Assembly (NCBI GenBank): GCA_946220865.1
Contig: CAMJYM010000001.1
Span: forward strand, 62,259-126,258
DNA length: 64,000 nt
Source of the DNA: an uncultured Clostridia bacterium
GTDB taxonomy: Bacteria > Bacillota > Clostridia > Saccharofermentanales > DTU023
Direction: 5' to 3'
This document shows positions 36,414-44,018 of this stretch, in pieces (the first letter of the stretch is position 1; each line of letters starts with the position of its first letter). Below the pieces are notes generated by a model that did not search any database, had not been told where the DNA came from, and saw only the letters and a list, made by a program, of their open reading frames with translations. The translations under genes and the position numbers were made by a program.

Positions 36414-37508
36414 CTAATCTTCATCCCCAAAAGATATTCCCGTAAGACGGGCCGCTTCAATGATCGGGCTGTCCAGGGGTACTTTTTTCAGGTTGAAGGC
36501 CGCCGTCCTAATCTCCGTGCGGTCAATCCTGCCGTTAATGACCACAGGCATACGTCCAAAATCTTTTTCCCAGATCATCTTCGCTGCCTCAACCCCAAGC
36601 TCTGTGCTCAGCAGACGGTCATAAGCCGAGGGACTGCCACCGCGCACAAAATGGCCAGGAACAGCGACGCGGACTTCCTGAAGCGCCAGACCTTCCATGG
36701 CGTCTTCCAAATCATAACAGGCTCCTCGGAAACCTCTCGCAGCACGACTGGTCTCCAGTTCCTTGCTCGAAAGCTGAGCTTCTTCGACCGACATGGCCCC
36801 CTCTGCGATCACGATAATGGAGAAACGCTTTTTATGTTTTTCACGGGTGTTGATGGCTTTGAGAACGGAATTCAGCTTATAGGGAATCTCCGGCAGCAGA
36901 ATGATATCAGCGCCTCCGGCAATACCCGAATAAAGGGCCAGCCAGCCGACCTTGTGGCCCATAATTTCAATGATAAACACACGGCCATGAGAAGTTGCCG
37001 TGGTGTGAATGCCATCGATCACCTGGGTGGCCAAAGCGAAGGCCGAATTAAAGCCAAATGTTTCTTCAGTAATACCCAGATCATTATCAATGGTTTTAGG
37101 TAAACCAATCACATTAAGTCCCTGATCTGCGAGCAAGGAGGCGCTTTTCAGCGAACCATTGCCGCCCAGGACCACCAGCGCATCCAGTCGCATCTCCTTA
37201 TAGCTATTGACCATGGCCTCAAGCTTTGTCGGCCCGTCAGGCTTTCCCGGATAGAGCCGTTCCTCCATTAGTTTATAAGGCTGACGGGAGGTCCCAAGAA
37301 TTGTCCCCCCCAGAGTCAAAATTCCCGAAAACTCCTGCGAGCGCATTTTGCGATAGTGGCAGTGCATAAGACCGGCATAGCCATCCAGAAAGCCGAGAAT
37401 TTCCGTTCCTGGATCTTTTTCGAACAAAGCCTTGGCCACGCCTCGCATGGTCGGATTTAAACCCTGGCAGTCTCCTCCGCTGGTTAACATTCCAATTCTC
37501 AGACTCAT
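36414..37508 (-). CDS. pfkA: 6-phosphofructokinase (PFK-A family; phosphoryl donor uncertain)
   Basis: 364 aa with IGMLTSGGDCQGLN, VVLGGNGS, GLPKTIDNDL, MGHKVGWL and HFVRGGSP. At the donor-discriminating positions it has Gly at the position of E. coli Gly104 but Lys at the position of Gly124. Confidence 0.85.
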   Translation of the reverse strand: MSLRIGMLTSGGDCQGLNPTMRGVAKALFEKDPGTEILGFLDGYAGLMHCHYRKMRSQEFSGILTLGGTILGTSRQPYKLMEERLYPGKPDGPTKLEAMVNSYKEMRLDALVVLGGNGSLKSASLLADQGLNVIGLPKTIDNDLGITEETFGFNSAFALATQVIDGIHTTATSHGRVFIIEIMGHKVGWLALYSGIAGGADIILLPEIPYKLNSVLKAINTREKHKKRFSIIVIAEGAMSVEEAQLSSKELETSRAARGFRGACYDLEDAMEGLALQEVRVAVPGHFVRGGSPSAYDRLLSTELGVEAAKMIWEKDFGRMPVVINGRIDRTEIRTAAFNLKKVPLDSPIIEAARLTGISFGDED

Positions 37509-37537
37509 GTTCTTGTCCTCATTTCAAAATTTCTTTT

Positions 37538-37585
37538 ATTATAACGGTTTTTATCGCTGAAAAAGGGACACAAAACCGTTATAAT
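37538..37585. promoter_or_regulatory. Perfect 14-bp inverted repeat with 20-nt spacer in the pfkA / NYN divergent region
   Basis: ATTATAACGGTTTT (37538-37551) and AAAACCGTTATAAT (37572-37585) are exact reverse complements. Each arm carries a TATAAT hexamer facing its own gene. Confidence 0.6.
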
Positions 37586-37615
37586 TTCATAAACTACAGA
37601 AAGGCCAGCCTTTGC

Positions 37616-38512
37616 ATGGATGAAATTGAATCAAAAGAAGTTCGTCTGGCAGTTTTGATCGACGCCGACAACATCAGCTACCATTATATTGAGCCAATGA
37701 TGCAGGAAATTGCCCGCTACGGCACCCCCACGATCAAGAGGATCTATGGCGACTGGACCAAACCAAATCTCAATGGTTGGAAAAGTCTCCTTCTCGATTA
37801 TGCCATCAGCCCGGTTCAGCAGTTTGCCTATACCACGGGTAAAAATTCCACAGACTCTGCGTTAATTATCGACGCCATGGATATCCTTTATGCCGAAAAA
37901 GCCGACGCCTTCTGCCTCGTGTCCTCAGACAGTGACTTTACGCGTCTCGCAGGTCGTCTCCGGGAAGCAGGAAAAACCGTTTATGGTATTGGCGAGCAGA
38001 AAACCCCAAATGCTTTTATTGCCGCCTGCGATCGCTTCATTTATCTGGAAATCCTCGATCAGGAAGATGATGAGGAAGAGAGCGATGAAGCCGGAGATGA
38101 AAAGGCCGGCAGCGATCGCGGTGAAAAAGCTGGAAGTAAATCCCGGATCAGCAGCCGCAGCAAGTGCAGCAAGGAAAATAAGGAAAAACCTGTCAATAAA
38201 GGCCGTCAGAAGCGTGTGCTGAAGAAAATCGATCACCGCCTTCTGAACCTCATCGATCAAAGTATTCTCGATATCGAGGATGACGATGGCTGGGCCTATC
38301 TGGGCGACCTCGGTCAGCTGATCGGCAAGAAACAGCCGGCCTTTGATTCGCGTAACTATGGCTTCGCCAAACTCTCTACCCTGATCGGCTCACTGGAACA
38401 ATATGAGATGCAGTATCGGGATATGCCCCGTGGCAGCGGACAGGAAAAACAGCTTTTTGTCCGTGTCAAAAATGACCCCACCCGCATTAAGAAAAACGAA
38501 CGCGCTTTTTAG
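37616..38512 (+). CDS. NYN-domain (LabA-like) protein with C-terminal OST-HTH/LOTUS domain
   Basis: The N-terminus has VLIDADNISYHYIEP...KRIYGDW...SDSDFTRLAGRLREAGKTVYGIG (NYN/LabA pattern). An acidic/basic linker follows. The C-terminus has a LOTUS-like segment (DDDGWAYLGDLGQLIGKKQPAFDSRNYGFAKLSTLI). Confidence 0.75.
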   Translation: MDEIESKEVRLAVLIDADNISYHYIEPMMQEIARYGTPTIKRIYGDWTKPNLNGWKSLLLDYAISPVQQFAYTTGKNSTDSALIIDAMDILYAEKADAFCLVSSDSDFTRLAGRLREAGKTVYGIGEQKTPNAFIAACDRFIYLEILDQEDDEEESDEAGDEKAGSDRGEKAGSKSRISSRSKCSKENKEKPVNKGRQKRVLKKIDHRLLNLIDQSILDIEDDDGWAYLGDLGQLIGKKQPAFDSRNYGFAKLSTLIGSLEQYEMQYRDMPRGSGQEKQLFVRVKNDPTRIKKNERAF

Positions 38513-38524
38513 AAGCCAGGCAGC

Positions 38525-39163
38525 TCACACCGGAAGTGAAAGATCCAGAAGAAAATCGGCCTTCTCTCGCAAAGAGAAGGCTTTTTCATAGGCCCTCTCC
38601 ATGGGCAGCCAGCGCTCCTGAAAATCTCTGAGCCATTCAGGATCACCCACACAGCGGCGCTGAAGCCTCGCCCACTGCAGCTCGGGATTGACGACGGCAA
38701 AAGCTGTGAGATCCCAGTGGTCCACAAGCTGAGGGTGCAAAGCGTACGAGCCTTCAATGATGTATAAATCCGAAGCAGCAATGCTGCGTTCTTCTACCAG
38801 AGTCTGCAGGCGGCAGTCAAAGCGTTGGAAAGTGAAAGCCTGCCCTTTTTCAAGTGGCAGCAGGACTTCCTCCTGAAAGCGGCAGAAGTCTATGTTGGCA
38901 GCTGGGATGACCTGCTTTCCCTCCTTACGCCTGGCTGCAGGGAGAAAAAAGTCATCCATGTGGATAAGAGGAGAGGATAAAGTTGCTGCTAATTGGCCCG
39001 CCAGCGTTGATTTACCTGAGGCGGCCATACCATCCAGGGCAAAAAGCAGGGGTCTTTTCTTTTCACCGGCAGGAATCCCTTGCGCACGTGCAGTCCACAG
39101 TTCCTGCAGCTTCTCAATTAAAGCGACGCGGGCTGCTGCCCGCGTCGCAATGAACTTAGTCAT
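38525..39163 (-). CDS. P-loop nucleoside/nucleotide kinase-like protein (uridine kinase family-like)
   Basis: Walker A in FALDGMAASGKSTLA, in a 212-aa protein. Substrate unknown. Confidence 0.55.
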   Translation of the reverse strand: MTKFIATRAAARVALIEKLQELWTARAQGIPAGEKKRPLLFALDGMAASGKSTLAGQLAATLSSPLIHMDDFFLPAARRKEGKQVIPAANIDFCRFQEEVLLPLEKGQAFTFQRFDCRLQTLVEERSIAASDLYIIEGSYALHPQLVDHWDLTAFAVVNPELQWARLQRRCVGDPEWLRDFQERWLPMERAYEKAFSLREKADFLLDLSLPV

Positions 39164-39208
39164 AAGCGTTGCTCTGTTTGTCTAAGAATGATATTGGTTC
39201 TCTCCGCT

Positions 39209-40570
39209 TTAGAGGAAGATATACTTCAATATGAAGAGGACGAAAAGGATATACATAAGGACACTGATCTTCTTCGCTTTGCCACAGGCCAGATTAATCA
39301 CGACGTAGAAGATAACCCCCCAGGAAATACCTTCTGCAATGCTGTAGAAGAAAGGCATGGCCAGCAGGGCAATGTACGCCGGGACAGCCTCCGTGATATC
39401 CTCGAAATTCACCTTGAGAATCGAAGTAAACATCAGGTAGCCAACATAAATCAGAGCAGCAGCGGTCGCAAAAGCCGGGATGCTCAGGAAGAGCGGAGCT
39501 AAGAGCAGAGAAAGCAGGAAGAGTACACCTGTGGTCAGTGCCGTGAGGCCCGTGCGTCCGCCCTCAGCAACGCCGGCGGAAGATTCGACAAAGGTCGTCA
39601 CCGTGGAGGTACCGAGAGTAGCGCCGACGGTCGTACCAATGGCATCGGAGAGCAGAGCGCCTTTAATTCCGGGAAGTCTGCCCTTCTCGTTCAGCATATC
39701 CGCCTTGGAAGCGACCCCGATCAGGGTGCCCAAGGTATCGAAGATATCCACATAGAGGAAGGAGAGCATGACCGTAATAAAGGTCATCACCGTAACCCCC
39801 TCAAGATTGGGATGGAAAACGGCAAAGGCTACATCCTTAAAGCCACCCAGCGCAGCAAAGGAGAACGACGGATAGAGCGAATAAAAACCATTTTCAAAAT
39901 CAGGAACATAGAGGCCAATGAGCTGGCATAGCATGCCCAGCACCCAGGTGCCGACGATGCCGTAAAGAATGGCTCCGCGAACCTTTTTATAAGCCAGAAT
40001 CGCGATGATCGCCACGCCGACAAGGCAGAGAATAGCAGAAATACCTACAGAATAGAAAGTCTCACCGGTAAATTTGGTAATGGCCACTTTGGTCGCAGGA
40101 TTGGCCACCACCAGATGGCCGTTGCTCAGGCCGATAAAGGCGATGAAGAGGCCGATGCTGGCGCTGATGGCATGCTTAAGAGAAATAGGAATGGCATTGA
40201 AAATCGCTTCACGGACATTGGTCACACTGAGGATGATGAAGATCAAACCTTCGAAGAGAACTGCCAGCAAAGCCACCGTCCAGTGATAGCCCATTTTCAG
40301 ACAAACCGTATAGGCAAAGTAAGCATTCAGGCCCATTCCGGGTGCCAGCGCAAAGGGCAGGTTTGCAAAAAAAGCCATACAGAAACAGGCGATAGCAGAG
40401 GAAACCGCCGTCGCCACAAGGACACCGCCAACCGGCATACCGGCATCCTTCAGGATGTTCGGGTTAACGGCTAAAATATAGGCCATGGTCATAAAGGTCG
40501 TCAGACCGGCCATGATCTCACTTCCGGCAGAGACGCCGTGGTCCTTGAGTTTGAATACTTTTTCAAACAT
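39209..40570 (-). CDS. NCS2/AzgA-family purine (adenine/guanine/hypoxanthine) permease
   Basis: MFEKVFKLKDHGVSAGSEIMAGLTTFMTMAYILAVNP is the typical family N-terminus, followed by about 12 TM segments. I took the ATG at 40570, behind GGAGGTG. The track ORF starts at 40597. Confidence 0.85.
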   Translation of the reverse strand: MFEKVFKLKDHGVSAGSEIMAGLTTFMTMAYILAVNPNILKDAGMPVGGVLVATAVSSAIACFCMAFFANLPFALAPGMGLNAYFAYTVCLKMGYHWTVALLAVLFEGLIFIILSVTNVREAIFNAIPISLKHAISASIGLFIAFIGLSNGHLVVANPATKVAITKFTGETFYSVGISAILCLVGVAIIAILAYKKVRGAILYGIVGTWVLGMLCQLIGLYVPDFENGFYSLYPSFSFAALGGFKDVAFAVFHPNLEGVTVMTFITVMLSFLYVDIFDTLGTLIGVASKADMLNEKGRLPGIKGALLSDAIGTTVGATLGTSTVTTFVESSAGVAEGGRTGLTALTTGVLFLLSLLLAPLFLSIPAFATAAALIYVGYLMFTSILKVNFEDITEAVPAYIALLAMPFFYSIAEGISWGVIFYVVINLACGKAKKISVLMYILFVLFILKYIFL

Positions 40571-40804
40571 ACAATCACCTCCAAAACAAGTTGGCATAAA
40601 TCATCTGATTCATGCATCCTTATAGATATCCTACCATATGAAACGCAAAGAAAAATACTAAAAATATCACAAAGCGCAGGGAAAAATTACTAAAAAATTT
40701 ATAAATTGTCATAAATTCATTTAAGTACCTATGTTCCATCCTGGCACCTAGCTCTGTGTTAAACTACATGAAGAGTAAAGGTTTATGGATATCACCCCAT
40801 TATC

Positions 40805-41180
40805 GGGGGTGTACTGGTTTCGACGGGATGGTTGAAATCGGGAAAGCGGGCAGAGGGCCCCGTTGGCCTCTTTAAAAAACGGGAATAAACTTAAACGCCA
40901 ATAAACCGGCACTCGCAGCTGCGTAATCACGCCTGCCGTGGAACCAATCGATCTGCCGAAAGGAATTTCCACGTTAACGCGCAGACCTTGTCCTGGGGAG
41001 GTTAAAAGGAAAAACGAAATGGCCTAAGCTTTGCCGCCATTTTGTAGAATGAAGCTAGCGGACGCCTTGCCCCTGCCGGTCGGGAAAGGCCAATGCGAAT
41101 AATCCAAGGATCGGATGCGCCCGGAGATGTCCCGATGGACGCGGTTTCGGACAGGGGTTCAATTCCCCTCACCTCCACCA
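40805..41180 (+). ncRNA. ssrA: tmRNA (SsrA)
   Basis: The 5' end GGGGGTGTACTGGTTTCGACGGG pairs with the 3' end CACCTCCACCA. A T-arm GGGGTTCAATTCCCC is present. The internal tag reading frame ends ...GCC AAT AAA CCG GCA CTC GCA GCT GCG TAA (ANKPALAAA stop, 40897-40926). smpB lies about 1 kb away. Confidence 0.95.
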
Positions 41181-41184
41181 AATA

Positions 41185-41222
41185 TCCGCCGTTATTTTTA
41201 GGAATAACGGCGGACTTTTTTT
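41185..41222 (+). terminator. Rho-independent terminator after ssrA (between convergent genes)
   Basis: TCCGCCGTTATT-tttagg-AATAACGGCGGA (12-bp stem) followed by CTTTTTTTT. Confidence 0.85.
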
Positions 41223-41235
41223 GCCAAAAGGAAGT

Positions 41236-42039
41236 TTAATTCTGTAATAACGGCTTTCTCCGCTGCCTTGCTGAACCGTGCCAGATTTTTATATCCTCGT
41301 CATCGTAGCTCTCAAACGGGTCGGCAAAAACCCGCCGACTTTCTACATGAAGACCAAGAATCGTCTGATCTTCGCTGGAATCATAACGACGTGCGGTCTG
41401 AAAGAGATTTGCAACCAGTTCTTCCCAGCGGGAAGGCCGCTCCATAATATGCTGAATATCCGAAGCTTCCATGGCCCTGGTAAAACCATTACTGACAATC
41501 AGAAATTGATCTCCCGCCTGCACGGTCATCTCGGTAAGATTGTGAGCACGCAGATGCTGACTGCCAGGATGATTGCCAAAAAACAGCAGCGGACGCTCAT
41601 CACGCTCTTCATTGAGGCGCAGATCTCTGGTCATCACATAGAGCTTTTCTTGCCGGTAGAGATAGCAGCGGCAATTGCCAATGCTCATCGTATAGGCGGT
41701 ATCTCCGGCAAACATGATCAGAGCCAGTGAACAACCGACCGGAAGCCTGGCAAAGCGCGAAAGACGCCCCCGCAGGGCGGCATCAGCCTGATCGACAAAG
41801 CCCTGAATATATCTGGCGAAATCAAAATTCATGGGATCCAGAAAAGGAAAGCCCCGGCGCAATTCACAGATAGCCCCTTGAATCACACGACCGGCGATGT
41901 CGCCAATACCAGCACCACCAAGCCCATCACAGACTGAATAGATCTGCCAGTAGTCCTCGCAGTTGCTGATTTTTTCCTCGCGCGAATCCAAGGTGTCCGG
42001 GTAAATTCTTCCGACACATTGAAAGCTGTCTTCATTCAC
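41236..42039 (-). CDS. PP2C-family (PPM) Ser/Thr protein phosphatase; true start probably upstream (see findings)
   Basis: NEDSF..., SVCDGLGGAGIGDIAG and SNGFTRAM are present. The coordinates given are the canonical-start (GTG) ORF. The conserved G-x-x-R-x-x-NED N-terminal motif is encoded upstream of this GTG, as far as an ATT at 42090. Confidence 0.75.
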   Translation of the reverse strand: MNEDSFQCVGRIYPDTLDSREEKISNCEDYWQIYSVCDGLGGAGIGDIAGRVIQGAICELRRGFPFLDPMNFDFARYIQGFVDQADAALRGRLSRFARLPVGCSLALIMFAGDTAYTMSIGNCRCYLYRQEKLYVMTRDLRLNEERDERPLLFFGNHPGSQHLRAHNLTEMTVQAGDQFLIVSNGFTRAMEASDIQHIMERPSRWEELVANLFQTARRYDSSEDQTILGLHVESRRVFADPFESYDDEDIKIWHGSARQRRKPLLQN

Positions 42040-42117
42040 CGTCTTACGGCTGCCCGCCTGCGTGATCCCGCAGGAAATAACTCTGGGAATAGAAGTCCCC
42101 TCCCCTCTCCTCGCGTC

Positions 42118-42573
42118 CTAGTGTCGAAGACTTTGCCGAACTTGTCGATCGACTTCTCTTTTTTTCAAATTTTCGCGCTTATCGTAGAGTTTTCTGCCTC
42201 TGGCAAGACCAAGGCTGCACTTACAGAGCCCACCCTTGAAATAAAGCTTAAGAGGAACCAGGGTGAGGCCATCCTGGGCAACTTTAGCACTCAGCTTACG
42301 AATCTCGCTACGATGAAGAAGCAGTTTACGTGGGCGGAGAGGATCAGGATTATACCTGTTTCCTTCTTTATAAGGAGAAATATGCATGCCAATCAGCCAG
42401 ATTTCCCCCTTTTTCACGCGGGCGAAAGACTCCTTCAGGTTTGCTTTTCCCTGTCGGAGCGATTTCACTTCCGTACCCGTCAAAACGACACCAGTCTCAA
42501 AATCCTCAAGGATTTCGTATTCATGCCTCGCCTTACGGTTTTCCACGATAACTTTTATGCCTTCAGTTTTCAT
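42118..42573 (-). CDS. smpB: SsrA-binding protein SmpB
   Basis: 151 aa with NRKARHEYEILEDFETGVVLTGTEVKSLRQGKANL and HISPY...NPDPLRPRKLLLHRSEI. Confidence 0.93.
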   Translation of the reverse strand: MKTEGIKVIVENRKARHEYEILEDFETGVVLTGTEVKSLRQGKANLKESFARVKKGEIWLIGMHISPYKEGNRYNPDPLRPRKLLLHRSEIRKLSAKVAQDGLTLVPLKLYFKGGLCKCSLGLARGRKLYDKRENLKKREVDRQVRQSLRH

Positions 42574-42669
42574 CCGTCAGCTTTCAAAGTTCCTTTCTGG
42601 CACTGATGTTTCTCAAGCGTTCACACGATATCTCACGATCACTCATCTCTGTCAGGAGCATTCTTGAAC

Positions 42670-42698
42670 ATTATAGAGTAAGATGCACCAGCTTTCGA
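42670..42698 (-). promoter_or_regulatory. Candidate promoter for smpB
   Basis: The minus strand reads TCGAAA, a 17-nt spacer, then TATAAT (42675-42670), about 95 nt upstream of the smpB ATG. The -35 box is weak. Confidence 0.35.
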
Positions 42699-42873
42699 GC
42701 ATCTCGTACTTTTTGCCATCATATATTACGGCTCTTTTTCAGAAAGTTGACAGTCTCTTTGCGAAAGCTGAAACTATTCACTTTATTCACATTCTTTTTC
42801 ACATTCCCACGGGGATGAAAAGCTAATCTTTCAGGCCTTCACCTTTTTTATTCACATTATTAACCCTAATGCT

Positions 42874-43914
42874 TTAGCTGAGTAATGCCGTCCCCAGTTC
42901 CCACTGAGAACGTGGATTAAGCCGCAAATCTGCCCGCGTCCCAGCCAGATATTCATAATATCCCTGCGCACCTATCATGGCGGCGTTATCGGTACAAAGC
43001 GCGATGGGAGGGAGATATAACTGCAACTTCTTTTCTTCACAAAGCTGCCCGGCCAGTTCACGCAGACGCGAATTCGCTGAAACCCCTCCAGCAAGGACAA
43101 TCTGCTTTTCGCCGCACTGCTCGGCAATTTGGCCAAGATGATCGATCAGCACACGGCAGACTGCTTCCTGAAAACTTGCCGCAATATCAGCCGTGCTGAG
43201 AATATCTTCGCGCTGCCGCCCTTCTCTCCTGGCCTTCTGCTCAGCCTGCTGCACTTTATTTAAAACAGCGGTCTTCAGACCCGAAAAAGAAAAATCCAGG
43301 CTATCTTTAAAGTGCGTACGTGGAAGCTCCAGAGCATCCGGCCGTCCCATCTTACTTACACGGTCAATTTTGGGCCCTCCTGGATAACCCAGCCCGATTT
43401 CACGTGCAATTTTATCAAAGGCTTCACCCGCTGCATCATCTCTGGTACGAGCCAGGATGCAATATTTCGTATAAGTTTTGACATGGATGATGTGGCTGTG
43501 AGCTCCGGAGCAGAGAAGTGCCAGAAAAGGCGGCTTCAGTTCTGGGTGTGCCAGGTAGTTGGCCGCCACATGGCCAGCCAGATGATGTACCGGAACAAGC
43601 GCCTTCCCACTCGCAGCAGCCAGAGCTTTAGCTGCAGACACCCCCACCAACAGGGAGCCAATCAAGCCTGGGCCGGCGGTAACCGCAATGGCCTCCACAT
43701 CGGAAAGCTGGCACTGTGCAGCACTCAGAGCTTCTTCAATCACCGGAACAACCGCAAGGAGATGCTCCCGCGAGGCGATCTCCGGAACAACTCCACCATA
43801 TTTTTCATGAATTGCAGCCGACGAGCGAATACCATTCGAACATATGTGACGACCATCTTCAATAACGGCCGCACAGCACTCATCACAGGATGATTCTATT
43901 CCTAAAATAAGCAT
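42874..43914 (-). CDS. tsaD: tRNA N6-adenosine threonylcarbamoyltransferase TsaD
   Basis: MLILGIESSCDECCAAV..., HLAGHV and GGVSANSRLR are present. I took the ATG at 43914 (AAGGGA RBS). The track ORF starts 11 codons earlier. Confidence 0.9.
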   Translation of the reverse strand: MLILGIESSCDECCAAVIEDGRHICSNGIRSSAAIHEKYGGVVPEIASREHLLAVVPVIEEALSAAQCQLSDVEAIAVTAGPGLIGSLLVGVSAAKALAAASGKALVPVHHLAGHVAANYLAHPELKPPFLALLCSGAHSHIIHVKTYTKYCILARTRDDAAGEAFDKIAREIGLGYPGGPKIDRVSKMGRPDALELPRTHFKDSLDFSFSGLKTAVLNKVQQAEQKARREGRQREDILSTADIAASFQEAVCRVLIDHLGQIAEQCGEKQIVLAGGVSANSRLRELAGQLCEEKKLQLYLPPIALCTDNAAMIGAQGYYEYLAGTRADLRLNPRSQWELGTALLS

Positions 43915-44018
43915 AATTTCCCTTTCACTGAATTTTGATTGTAACACATATAGGCGCGGACTTGAGTTATACTCAAACTCAGTCTTTCAAAGCATAAATG
44001 CTTAAACGGGAGGTTCGG

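Noticed and set aside
40571-40804. A purine riboswitch upstream of the NCS2 purine permease.
   Set aside because: The minus-strand leader lacks the conserved UAUAAUC...UAUGG...UUUCUACC...CCUUAAAC core. I could not fold a three-way junction from it by eye.
42118-42120. Possibility that TAG is a reassigned sense codon (for example pyrrolysine), which would explain the in-frame smpB-PP2C arrangement.
   Set aside because: TAG terminates several other well-defined genes at their expected ends here, namely rsfS at 21108, the MurE-like gene at 25063, pfkA at 36414 and dut at 45069. No pyl genes are visible. Local readthrough remains a hypothesis, but global reassignment is not supported.
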